From: a virus
Direction: 5' to 3' (one strand)
Virus record (IMG/VR): IMGVR_UViG_3300009370_002293
Coordinates: 1-64,000 of that record
Length of the DNA stretch: 64,000 bases
In this document: one piece after another, positions 46,813 through 55,926 of the stretch
Numbering within the stretch: position 1 is the stretch's first letter
Layout: every line of letters starts with the position of its first letter
The notes under the pieces: model-generated
What the model was told of the DNA's origin: nothing
What the model saw: the letters and a program-made list of their open reading frames with translations, nothing else
Databases searched by the model: none
Made by a program: the position numbers and the translations under genes

Positions 46813-47670
46813 CTAAATTACCGCTCGCCCCTTATTTTTTTCCCAGTCTTTTTCGGTTCTATCTACAGTAATATTGCGTTTTTCAGCAGCTTTTAATACT
46901 ATTGAATTGGTTTTAGATTTTTTAAGCTGGTGTAACATGGAGTTTACATCCTTCGGAAAACAAGTACCCCCATAACCACGGTGTCCATCGGGACCGGGAA
47001 CCGAGGTGTGACTCATACCAATTCTTTCGTCTATGCCAATCAATTTTGCCGCAGTATCATAAGGAATATTGTTTTTCCAGCAAAATTCACTAAATTCATT
47101 AAACAGGGAAACCTTTACTGCTAAAAATGAATTACGCCCATATTTGATGAACTCTGCAGTTCGGGTAGAGACAAAGGTTGTGTCTCCGTTTTTTATAGAC
47201 CCCTGCTCTAGGGCATTGCAAATTAAATTATTTAATTTTTCAACAACACCACTATCTACAACCGTGTCATGTCCAAAGACCCATAAATTGTTATTGTAAA
47301 AATCTTCCCTCCAGTTTCTTTCGGTTAGGAACTCTGGCATAAAATGAACCTTAAGTTTCTCACAGGTACCCACTGGAACAGTGGAGCGTAGTACAATTTT
47401 ATTTTTTCTTACACCGTTACGGGTTAAGTCTTTTATTGCGGATTTTACTATAGATAAATCACACACGCCGTTAGACCTCATGGGTGTTGGCACACATACA
47501 AAAATGAAATCACATTTTTTTAAATCTTGAAGGGTTGTACCTTTTGGGTCACATTTTTCGGGGTCTTTGTCGTAAGCGATACACTCAATAAGCTCCCCTT
47601 TTAGCAATTGAGTCGCCTTTCCTACATACCCATTTCCCACTATCCCTAGCTTTATTTTACGCTTCTTCAT
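46813..47670 (-). CDS. ugd: UDP-glucose/GDP-mannose dehydrogenase family protein
   Basis: GNGYVG, CVPTP, RSTVPVG, PEFL.E, GYGGTCFPKD. Confidence 0.9.
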   Translation of the reverse strand: MKKRKIKLGIVGNGYVGKATQLLKGELIECIAYDKDPEKCDPKGTTLQDLKKCDFIFVCVPTPMRSNGVCDLSIVKSAIKDLTRNGVRKNKIVLRSTVPVGTCEKLKVHFMPEFLTERNWREDFYNNNLWVFGHDTVVDSGVVEKLNNLICNALEQGSIKNGDTTFVSTRTAEFIKYGRNSFLAVKVSLFNEFSEFCWKNNIPYDTAAKLIGIDERIGMSHTSVPGPDGHRGYGGTCFPKDVNSMLHQLKKSKTNSIVLKAAEKRNITVDRTEKDWEKNKGRAVI

Positions 47671-47708
47671 TTCATCTTACTATATTATCCGTGTCAAAAA
47701 AGATCAAT

Positions 47709-47739
47709 AAAAAACCCCCTTGCAATAAACAAGGGGGGT
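47709..47739 (-). terminator. intrinsic terminator
   Basis: CCCCCTTG..CAAGGGGG plus T-tract. Confidence 0.7.
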
Positions 47740-47746
47740 AACTCCA

Positions 47747-47992
47747 TTAACTAGCAGGTGGAGAGGGCTCACTAACAGGAATTGTTAGCGCTGGTTCGGC
47801 GCCCTCATCAGGTGGAGCCACCTCACTTAGTTTTACAATGGCGTAACCGGTGAACAATACGTTTACCGCCACAAGCAATAATGCCAGTCTTGCGAAAGTC
47901 ATATTGATGGTCATAACACCATTTTGGGGTTGTTGGTCTGCGGGCGAACTTTGATCGCTCGCTTTTTCCTTTTGGTCTGTGGTCTTACTCAT
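47747..47992 (-). CDS. single-TM membrane protein
   Basis: ORF with a hydrophobic segment. Confidence 0.65.
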   Translation of the reverse strand: MSKTTDQKEKASDQSSPADQQPQNGVMTINMTFARLALLLVAVNVLFTGYAIVKLSEVAPPDEGAEPALTIPVSEPSPPAS

Positions 47993-48050
47993 AATATATT
48001 CTGTACTGACCTACATAATACGTATACTTGCTTTAAAGTAAAGTGTTTTT

Positions 48051-48422
48051 TTACAAGATTTTTATTTTAACTGGCTTTACTTTTTCAAGTTTTTCTAATT
48101 TGACCTTAAGCATTCCGTCCACATAAGTAGCTTTCACTTTGGAAGGGTCTACATCTTCTGGCATATTAAATGAATATACGTTTTCATCACCCTCTTTCTT
48201 TATGGTAACGTAAACGCCCCCATCCCTTAATGTAACCTCTATGTCCTTTTTTCTCACCCCTGCTAATTCGATGTGGTAATCGTACGCACTTTCAGACTCA
48301 TCAAGTTTAACCTTATTATAAGTGCGCGCTGCCCTCCAGCCATCCCAAATCAACTCGTCAATATCACTAAAGGCTTTGTCATAAATTGGGAACTCTTTAA
48401 ATAATCTATTTGCTAATATCAT
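48051..48422 (-). CDS. small heat shock protein (Hsp20)
   Basis: ELAGV.K.DI.V, VD..KVKATYVDGML.V. Confidence 0.9.
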   Translation of the reverse strand: MILANRLFKEFPIYDKAFSDIDELIWDGWRAARTYNKVKLDESESAYDYHIELAGVRKKDIEVTLRDGGVYVTIKKEGDENVYSFNMPEDVDPSKVKATYVDGMLKVKLEKLEKVKPVKIKIL

Positions 48423-48436
48423 AACAAATACTAAAA

Positions 48437-48453
48437 AGCAAATAACATGCCAA
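48437..48453 (-). promoter_or_regulatory. canonical sigma54 (-24/-12) promoter for Hsp20
   Basis: TTGGCATGTTATTTGCT ending 15 nt upstream of the ATG. Confidence 0.75.
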
Positions 48454-48685
48454 AGAAAACAAGGGAAAATACGAAGCTGAACTTAAAAAAGGGACATATT
48501 TGTCTCACGTTAACCGGTAGAACGTATGTCAAAAATACTCACCTGTCTCATCTCAAACGTATCAACATCTTTAACCAAAAAGGTTTCCTCGTCCACGGCC
48601 TCTTCAATGATACCTTCCCAGACTTTATCTCCTTGGACGCTAACGGGTTTACCCAGCATCTTTTTATTTATTTCAAGTTTGGCTG

Positions 48686-49288
48686 TCATAATGTTTTAAG
48701 GTGTTGATTATCATGATAAAAATATAATGTTTCTACCCCTGCTGCCTTTTTGAGATTTACCACAAGCAGGGACTCTTCGTTTAAACCATCCAAAAGTTTA
48801 CCATACAACTCTAATAACTGCCTACCCCAGTCTGCCCGCGTTGCGCAGCATGCACCGTCAAACGCCTCCTTTCGGCTGTTCAAAGTATGAAGTTGATTTT
48901 TTTCTTCTGATGAAAGATCAGATATTTTGTGCTCTTTATTCACCAAGTGTAATAGCTCGTGTGCGGATGCAATCACTAGACTTTTCCCTAAATTAACGAA
49001 TTCAAATTCCTCGTTTAAAGCCGTCAAGAAACGATCGTAGTACCTTGAGTCTATAAATGTCTCTTTAACCACGGACTCGTATGCCGCCCAACATTCTTTT
49101 AGTTGATCTGGCTTAGGTAAAGACTCACCATCAGTACAACATTGGTTGTTTTCTTTGAGTTTCTTTGTATTTTTTTTAAGACAAGATTCTAATATATGTA
49201 ATTTAATTACATCTTCAGGTGTGCAGTCTATTGCACCTAATGCAATTAATTCATGCACCGCGTTAAAGTCAATTTTTCTCATTTGCAT
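48686..49288 (-). CDS. hypothetical protein
   Basis: ORF. Confidence 0.65.
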   Translation of the reverse strand: MQMRKIDFNAVHELIALGAIDCTPEDVIKLHILESCLKKNTKKLKENNQCCTDGESLPKPDQLKECWAAYESVVKETFIDSRYYDRFLTALNEEFEFVNLGKSLVIASAHELLHLVNKEHKISDLSSEEKNQLHTLNSRKEAFDGACCATRADWGRQLLELYGKLLDGLNEESLLVVNLKKAAGVETLYFYHDNQHLKTL

Positions 49289-49634
49289 TATTTCCCAATA
49301 TACACATTATATAATAGAAACTTAAAGAAGTGCAAGTGTAAAAAAAGTATTTTTCAAAATTGCCAAAAACCACACATAAAAATATATTAAACCAAATAGA
49401 AAGACAAATAGGACAACACACTAACCTCGTAATAAAACAATTTTTATAAAGCATTAAATACGCCTTTAAATCTATGCCCTCACGGGAGGATTTTTCTTTA
49501 AAATCTTTTAAAAAAAGACCCCCTAAATTTAAAGCATCTAGGTACTCTACTACTACGTTAGTCTTAAACCAAAGCAATAATAACACCGACGCTAAAAACG
49601 GTTGTAATAAAAAATTATCCAACTCTGATATCAT
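49269..49634 (-). CDS. membrane protein with CPxC motif
   Basis: LVCCPICLSIW. Confidence 0.65.
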   Translation of the reverse strand: MISELDNFLLQPFLASVLLLLWFKTNVVVEYLDALNLGGLFLKDFKEKSSREGIDLKAYLMLYKNCFITRLVCCPICLSIWFNIFLCVVFGNFEKYFFYTCTSLSFYYIMCILGNNANEKN

Positions 49635-50112
49635 TATCTTCTTCTAGTACAACTTTCCTCTGGTGTTCTAAAGGGAGTTCGGAAATTTCCTCCTCCTTTA
49701 CCTGAATTAATTCGATATTATAAAAATCAAATATCTCTTTTGCTCCATCGTCTCGCTCGTATTCGTCCTTGTAAATTACCTGCGGTATACCGTAGCCAGC
49801 AATCATTGTAGCACAATATGAACACGGTAGTAGTGTTACTGCTAAAATTTTTACGTCTCCCTTTCTACATAAGGAAAGACAATTCATCTCAGCATGAATC
49901 ATAACAGGGCGACGTCGATTTCTGTCAAACAAATCCCAATCAACGTCTTTTCCTGAAGCCAGACCGTTGTAGCCAACGCCCAAAACCATGTTCTGGTGAT
50001 TAAGGGCGCAAGCTCCAACCTTTACAAAAGGGTCCTCGCTCCGTTCGGAAGCTGCCTGAGCAAGGCGAAGTGCGTACTCGCCCCAATTAAGCCTAGTTTC
50101 CAAAACTGGCAT
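49615..50112 (-). CDS. dCMP deaminase
   Basis: RSEDP..KVGA, GYNG, HAE.N, PCSYC. Confidence 0.92.
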   Translation of the reverse strand: MPVLETRLNWGEYALRLAQAASERSEDPFVKVGACALNHQNMVLGVGYNGLASGKDVDWDLFDRNRRRPVMIHAEMNCLSLCRKGDVKILAVTLLPCSYCATMIAGYGIPQVIYKDEYERDDGAKEIFDFYNIELIQVKEEEISELPLEHQRKVVLEEDNDIRVG

Positions 50113-50163
50113 CCCAAATTATTGAGATTGAAACAACAAGAAAAAATATTGCTATTAGTAACA

Positions 50164-50466
50164 TTAGGAAACCTTTTTGTAAACGGAATGAGGCCGACCC
50201 ATTTTATTCTTAGTGACTCTAACCAGCACTAATTCTCCATTTTTTAAGGCAGAATTAATCTTGGTGTGAATAGAAACCCTTGAAAGTTTACCTTCCATAG
50301 CAGTTGACAATTCACCTGCGGTGAACTCTTGTTCTGGCCAGCTAACCGTGACAGGCTTTCTCCCTCGTCTTACAGTGGCCTTCATCGCCCTTTGACGATC
50401 CTTTAGCGAAATGCTCGGGGTCTTGGCTACCGGTTCTACGTGGTCTACGTTATATTTTGCTTTCAT
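50164..50466 (-). CDS. putative winged-helix DNA-binding protein
   Basis: RRGRKP, FTAGEL, MGRP..VY. Confidence 0.55.
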   Translation of the reverse strand: MKAKYNVDHVEPVAKTPSISLKDRQRAMKATVRRGRKPVTVSWPEQEFTAGELSTAMEGKLSRVSIHTKINSALKNGELVLVRVTKNKMGRPHSVYKKVS

Positions 50467-50546
50467 CTTAAAAAAGAGACTAATTCCTTTTTTAATGTTA
50501 GTCAAACTTTTTTTTGCTAAAAAGAAATAACCTGCTAAGTTAAAGG

Positions 50547-50960
50547 GTGACTGTTTTTGATGCCACCCTCATGCTGTATAATTGGTTTAATGAAAATGAT
50601 GTATTCTGCATGAAGGATAACTTTCAGCAAGCTGTTCTTTTGACCGAAAACGAAAGTCATGATAAAGCCTCTATTCAAGCTGCGCTCGGGCAACTTGAAG
50701 AAGGCGGAATTATAGCAAAACAGGATTCTGAGGGTAAAACCTATTATGTTTTAAACCAGCGCCTCGATACACTTGAACAAGACCTGAAGATTCACCACAC
50801 GACAGCTACAAAAATATCACAAAAAATAAATTATTTTTGTGAAAGGATATCTGATTTTCAAGATATCTGTGATCCATCAGACATAAAACAACGTGATTTA
50901 ATTAATCTTACCTTAATAATCGATTACTTCATCGACAAAGAAAATGAAGAAAATGATTGA
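50547..50960 (+). CDS. hypothetical protein
   Basis: leaderless GTG after TTGCTA..TAAGTT. Confidence 0.7.
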   Translation: MTVFDATLMLYNWFNENDVFCMKDNFQQAVLLTENESHDKASIQAALGQLEEGGIIAKQDSEGKTYYVLNQRLDTLEQDLKIHHTTATKISQKINYFCERISDFQDICDPSDIKQRDLINLTLIIDYFIDKENEEND

Positions 50961-50989
50961 TTTAAAAACAAGTAAATATTATGGTGGCC

Positions 50990-51356
50990 AAAAGGTTCAA
51001 ATCCTTTTAAGCTCGCTGAGAGAAAACAGTGGAGTTTGGCTTTGGTGAGACTTAATGAGTCAGGGTAGATTTAAATATCTAAAATGGTAGCCCATATCCA
51101 AGGCATATACCATTAAAGTTCCAGAACGGTTCTTTAAAAAAATCAAGGTTAGTTACCTTGGCGTTACCCCTGCGTGTTGCGGGTTGCTGCTGTAAGAAGT
51201 TTTTAGCACATTTTCTTCACCTGTTAAAAGGTAGGCAGTACGATATGATCGTATCTCGTGTCCCCATTCACTTTAAAATTTGGGCCTCAGAAGAAAGTGG
51301 TCATCCCCCCCCCTGCGGGGGGGTTATCTCTTTATTTCCTAAAAGAAAATGGCCAT
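50990..51356 (+). ncRNA. candidate large structured ncRNA or hairpin-rich cis element
   Basis: about ten local inverted repeats in a ~470-nt intergenic gap; TTGATT-N17-TATGGT upstream. Confidence 0.4.
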
Positions 51357-51427
51357 GGCGTATTCTTAACTTTATTAATTTATAATAAATATTTGATTTT
51401 ATTTTATTTTGATTTATTGTTTTTTAT

Positions 51428-52225
51428 ATGGACAACCTGAAGAACGAGAACCTTAAGCCCGCTCTGTCCTTGGATCAAGTCAAGGAGAAAGAGTATAAAA
51501 TTTTCATAGGTACACCTTGTTATGGAGGCATGCTGGCCCAAGAATATGTAAATGGCCTTCTCAATATAACATATCAATCCTTAATGAGGGGCATCCCGAT
51601 AGAAATTTATTTAGCTGGAAATGAAAGTCTAATTCCCCGTGGGCGCAACCATATTGTTGCCGAATTTATGGCAAGTAAATGTACTCATTTGCTTTTTATT
51701 GATGCGGATATACAATTTCATTCAGATTCTATTTTTAAACTTCTTTGCGCAGATAGAGGGGTGACGTGTGGTGCCTACCCCTTGAAAAAGACGCCTATAG
51801 AATACGTGATTAATTTTCCTAATGAAGCAGAGAGTAACACGAAAGAGGGGTTCGTGGAGGTTACGGATTGTGGGACTGGGTTTATGATGATAAAAAGGGA
51901 AACCATTAAAATAATGCAGGAGGAATTTCCAGAACTTCATTATACGGGTGATATAGACTGGGGGTATCGATCTGATGTAACTGACCCAATTAAATTAGAT
52001 TTATTAAAAGAAAATTTATATAGTCTTTTTGATACCATGCACGACGTCGAGGCTAACAACAATTATTTGTCAGAAGATTTTACCTTTTGTAGAAGATGGC
52101 AAAAGTGTGGGGGCAAGGTTTGGCTTGATCCATCTATTAAGCTTGACCATTTAGGAAAATTTACATACAATGGAGACATCTCAAAAATTATAGATTTTGA
52201 AAATTTAGAAATTAACGACACATGA
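51428..52225 (+). CDS. GT-A fold glycosyltransferase-like protein
   Basis: TPCYGG, ESLIPRGRN, FIDAD, GTGFMMI, LSEDF.FC. Confidence 0.8.
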   Translation: MDNLKNENLKPALSLDQVKEKEYKIFIGTPCYGGMLAQEYVNGLLNITYQSLMRGIPIEIYLAGNESLIPRGRNHIVAEFMASKCTHLLFIDADIQFHSDSIFKLLCADRGVTCGAYPLKKTPIEYVINFPNEAESNTKEGFVEVTDCGTGFMMIKRETIKIMQEEFPELHYTGDIDWGYRSDVTDPIKLDLLKENLYSLFDTMHDVEANNNYLSEDFTFCRRWQKCGGKVWLDPSIKLDHLGKFTYNGDISKIIDFENLEINDT

Positions 52226-52833
52226 AAATTATAGGGCTTTCTGGGGTTGCGGGAGCGGGCAAAGACCTGTTTTATGAGTTGCTATCTACACAGACATCAT
52301 GCAAGAAGTTCTCTTTAGCCGATGAGCTTAAAAGAGAGATTACCCCATACATAAAAGAAAATTTTGACATTGACCCGACCTCCTGCTCCAGAGAAGAAAA
52401 AAACTTAATTAGACCAGCATTAGTAAGTCACGGGACTATCAAAAGAAAGCAAACTAAGGGGAGGTACTGGATAGAGAAAATGCAACCCTTATTAAAGGAT
52501 TTTATTTTCAAATCTACACTCACAAATGAAACCCCTGAGTATATAGTCATTACAGACATTCGGTATCATGAGTACCGAAACGACGAGGTAACTTGGTTAA
52601 AGAATGAAATGAAAGGGGATTTAGTCCATATATCCAATTTCACAATGACTCACGGAAAAAGAAAATTCCTTGCACCGGCAAATCAAGAAGAATCGCGGGA
52701 AAACCCAAAGTTATTGGCTCAAGCCGACTATTTAGTAGAATGGGAGAAGCTTACCGGCGAAGAAACCCAAGTAAAAAACATATTAATTCGTGACGTAATT
52801 AAAGATTTTTTAAAATGGCAAAAAAAAATTTGA
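52222..52833 (+). CDS. deoxynucleoside monophosphate kinase
   Basis: IGLSGVAGAGKD, LADELK, ITDIRY..E. Confidence 0.8.
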   Translation: MKIIGLSGVAGAGKDLFYELLSTQTSCKKFSLADELKREITPYIKENFDIDPTSCSREEKNLIRPALVSHGTIKRKQTKGRYWIEKMQPLLKDFIFKSTLTNETPEYIVITDIRYHEYRNDEVTWLKNEMKGDLVHISNFTMTHGKRKFLAPANQEESRENPKLLAQADYLVEWEKLTGEETQVKNILIRDVIKDFLKWQKKI

Positions 52834-52866
52834 CATACATCAAAAATAATCTTAATGTATACGCAT

Positions 52867-53151
52867 ATGAGCGAACAAAAAGAAAGTGAGTGGAGCAAAC
52901 GTGAAATGGGTGCCTTTTGGAAGAGGCAGAGTCAACGAGGTCAAAGTTACCTTTCTGGGCATGTAACCCTTAAGGATGATGACGGCACCGAACAAAAAGT
53001 GAAGGTTGTTGTTTTTAAAAACAAAAATCGATCACAAAATGAAAAAGCGCCCGATTACTGCGTTTATTCGTCCACACCACCCCAACAGGAAAGTGGGTCT
53101 AACGACCAAGCGGAGGAGTCCCAAGCGAACTCCGACGAGGATGTTCTCTAG
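52867..53151 (+). CDS. DUF736-like protein, possible ssDNA-binding
   Basis: GAFWKR..YLSG..F.N..KAPDY; acidic tail. Confidence 0.65.
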   Translation: MSEQKESEWSKREMGAFWKRQSQRGQSYLSGHVTLKDDDGTEQKVKVVVFKNKNRSQNEKAPDYCVYSSTPPQQESGSNDQAEESQANSDEDVL

Positions 53152-54230
53152 TGAACTTTTCCGTCAACTTTCCTATAAACTCAGTCTCTTTTGGGCAAGT
53201 CTCAAGCTTGCTCATGAGAGGCTTTTTTGAGCAAGAAAAGTTTCCACCACTTTTCGTTATTGGTGACGTTGATATATCCGCGCAAAATCAAGCAGGTGGA
53301 TTTAAGGATAACATTAATAAATGTATTAATAAATTCTCTGAACACTCACGCGATACGCCAACTGTAAAATTGTGGCATCTCAATGGTGGTCTTGATTCAT
53401 TCAGCAAGAAACATACCCTTCTTACCTTTTACGAGCTTGATCAGCCCACAAAGGCTGAAATTAATACGGCTAAAAATTGTGATAATTTAATTTTTACAAG
53501 TAGTTACTCAAAAGAAGTTTTTTCTCAGTTTCAGATTAAAAGTCATGTTATTCCCCTTGCATTTGACAAGTACCATTTTAAAACTTTAGACAAAAAATAT
53601 TTTGATGATGGACGTATAGTTTTTAATTTATGTGGTAAATTTGAAAAAAGGAAACATCACAAAAAAATAATTCAAGCATGGCTTAAAAAATTTGGAAATA
53701 ACAAAAAGTATTTTCTCCAATGTACTTTGTTCAACCCCTTTTTAAGTGAAGATCAAAATAAATCCTTTTTTGCCGAATGTTTGGCTGGAAAAAATTATTT
53801 CAATATTCAGTTTTTGGGTCATATGCCTAGTAATGAGGTTTATAACGATTATTTAAATTCAGCTAACATAATCATTGGCATGTCTGGTGGAGAAGGATGG
53901 GGTCTTCCCGAGTTCCATTCCGTTGGTCTCGGCAAACACTCGGTTATACTAAATGCAAGTGGCTATAAAGAGTGGGCAACCGAGGAAAACAGTATACTAA
54001 TTAACCCTTCTGGAAAAATTGAAATATACGATGGTATTTTCTTTAAACAAGGTGCCCCATTTAATCAAGGGTTAATCTTTGATTTTAGTGAAGACGATTT
54101 CATCTCAGGCTGTGAGGAGGCTATTAAAAGATTTAATAAGTCACCCATCAACAAAAAGGGTTTACAGATACAGAAAAAATTTACCGTAGAGAACACTCTA
54201 GATAAACTTCTAAAAATTATAAAAGACTGA
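53151..54230 (+). CDS. GT4-like glycosyltransferase
   Basis: GKFEKRK, SGGEGWGLPEF. Confidence 0.85.
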   Translation: MNFSVNFPINSVSFGQVSSLLMRGFFEQEKFPPLFVIGDVDISAQNQAGGFKDNINKCINKFSEHSRDTPTVKLWHLNGGLDSFSKKHTLLTFYELDQPTKAEINTAKNCDNLIFTSSYSKEVFSQFQIKSHVIPLAFDKYHFKTLDKKYFDDGRIVFNLCGKFEKRKHHKKIIQAWLKKFGNNKKYFLQCTLFNPFLSEDQNKSFFAECLAGKNYFNIQFLGHMPSNEVYNDYLNSANIIIGMSGGEGWGLPEFHSVGLGKHSVILNASGYKEWATEENSILINPSGKIEIYDGIFFKQGAPFNQGLIFDFSEDDFISGCEEAIKRFNKSPINKKGLQIQKKFTVENTLDKLLKIIKD

Positions 54231-54607
54231 TGCCTGTATATATTTTTGAACACCCTGAAACTGGTGAGAAAATTCATGTAACTCAAGGCATGAAAGATGA
54301 ACACGTATACCATGACGAAAACGGACTCCAGTGGAATCGTGTTTTTACATCTCCAAATACCGTAGTTCCAATCGGAGTAAACCCAAATTCCTCAAACGAC
54401 TTTGTAAATAGGACAAAGGACGTTAAAGGTGCCACAATTGGAGAAATGTGGGACTTATCCAAGGAATTAAGTGAAAAAAGAAAAAAAGAAAGAGGTGATG
54501 GCATAGACCCAGTTCAGACTAAGTATTTTAAAGATTACTCCAAGAAAAGAAAGGGGTTAAAACATAAAGACGACCCCTCTGGCAATAAAGGCGATATCTT
54601 GATATGA
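54230..54607 (+). CDS. FmdB-like hypothetical protein
   Basis: MPVYIF..Q.M...H..W.RVF. Confidence 0.6.
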   Translation: MPVYIFEHPETGEKIHVTQGMKDEHVYHDENGLQWNRVFTSPNTVVPIGVNPNSSNDFVNRTKDVKGATIGEMWDLSKELSEKRKKERGDGIDPVQTKYFKDYSKKRKGLKHKDDPSGNKGDILI

Positions 54608-55869
54608 GATTTTCCGTCTTCACCCCGTCACATACCTTAAAAAGGATAGACAGACCCCTTAAATCGCTACAAGAACAATCCTTTAAAGATTTCGAATGGA
54701 TTGTCTGTCTTAATGGGGCTGCCGCATCATCAGAGGCCGAATTGAGCAGTAAGCTTTCATCCAGTGGAATTAAATATAAAATTTTAATTCATACTGAAGA
54801 TACTGACAAAATTGGTTTTTTAAAAAATCGCTGCTGTCACGCAGCCGCAGGTGAAATATTAGTAGAACTGGATCACGACGACGAACTATCCCCTGATTGT
54901 CTTGAAGAAATAGACCTACATGATAAAGAACATAATTCAGACTTTTACTATTCTGATGATATTGACATAGTAGAGTCTTCTGGTGAGTCTATAGCCCCTT
55001 ACTCAGAAGAGGGTGGGTGGAGTTATTATAAATGCGCGAGAACGGGCCACACAGCATCCAGCGCGTTCCCACCAGACCCAATCGCGTTTGGTTATATTTG
55101 GTACGCCCCCAATCATGTTCGGGCTTGGAAAAAAGATTTTTATTTTAAAATTGGTGGACACAATCCTGATATGGATGTTCTGGATGACCAAGAGTTACTG
55201 TCTCGTACTTATATCGAAGGCACTGTTACACACATAAAGAAGCCATTATACATATATTGGCGTCATGACGAAAACACTTGTTACGGTGAAAAGAATGCTA
55301 AAATACAAGCCCTAACCAGAGAACTTCACGATTACTACATTCAAAGTCTAGTAGCAAAATGGTGTGATATCAATAACCTCAAAAAAGTTGACCTATGTTG
55401 TCACGCATCAAAACCTGATGGATTTATCGGTGTGGATAATTACCCCTACGAAGATGTAGATGTGGTTGCTGATTTAGACAAAGAGCCGTGGCCCTTTGAA
55501 GATAATAGCGTGGGGTTATTTAGGTGTCAAGATGCAATAGAACACCTTAAAAACCCATTAACCACAATGAAAGAAATTTACAGGTGTTTAGCTCCACGTG
55601 GCTGGGCCTTAATTGAAGTACCAAGTACAGATGGACGAGGCGCCTTTCAAGACCCAACCCACGTTTCTTTCTGGAATGCCAATAGTTTTTGGTACTATAC
55701 AAAAAAAGAACAGGGAGCATACATCAATTCACCAGTAAAATTTCAACTGAACAGAATCTTAGACTACTATCCGAGCGACTTCCACAAGACCCACCTCATT
55801 GCCTACACAAAGGCGCATTTAGTTAAACTTATTGACGGAGACGTTCCTGCAGGTGGTAGAAATATATAA
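54604..55869 (+). CDS. GT2 glycosyltransferase fused to a SAM methyltransferase-like domain
   Basis: SL..QS.KDFEW, ELDHDD; C-terminal WPFEDNSV, IEHL, EIYRCL, AFQDPTH. Confidence 0.85.
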   Translation: MRFSVFTPSHTLKRIDRPLKSLQEQSFKDFEWIVCLNGAAASSEAELSSKLSSSGIKYKILIHTEDTDKIGFLKNRCCHAAAGEILVELDHDDELSPDCLEEIDLHDKEHNSDFYYSDDIDIVESSGESIAPYSEEGGWSYYKCARTGHTASSAFPPDPIAFGYIWYAPNHVRAWKKDFYFKIGGHNPDMDVLDDQELLSRTYIEGTVTHIKKPLYIYWRHDENTCYGEKNAKIQALTRELHDYYIQSLVAKWCDINNLKKVDLCCHASKPDGFIGVDNYPYEDVDVVADLDKEPWPFEDNSVGLFRCQDAIEHLKNPLTTMKEIYRCLAPRGWALIEVPSTDGRGAFQDPTHVSFWNANSFWYYTKKEQGAYINSPVKFQLNRILDYYPSDFHKTHLIAYTKAHLVKLIDGDVPAGGRNI

Positions 55870-55926
55870 TTTTTACTTTCCTTCCGTTAAAAAAAATGTA
55901 AGTATAATGTACACGCTTTACGACAG

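Noticed and set aside
50990-51008. tRNA (GGTTCAAATCC)
   Set aside because: Isolated T-arm-like hairpin with no acceptor, D or anticodon arm.
51158-51440. Two short plus-strand ORFs in the hairpin-rich gap
   Set aside because: Non-ATG starts, atypical composition, overlapping inverted repeats.
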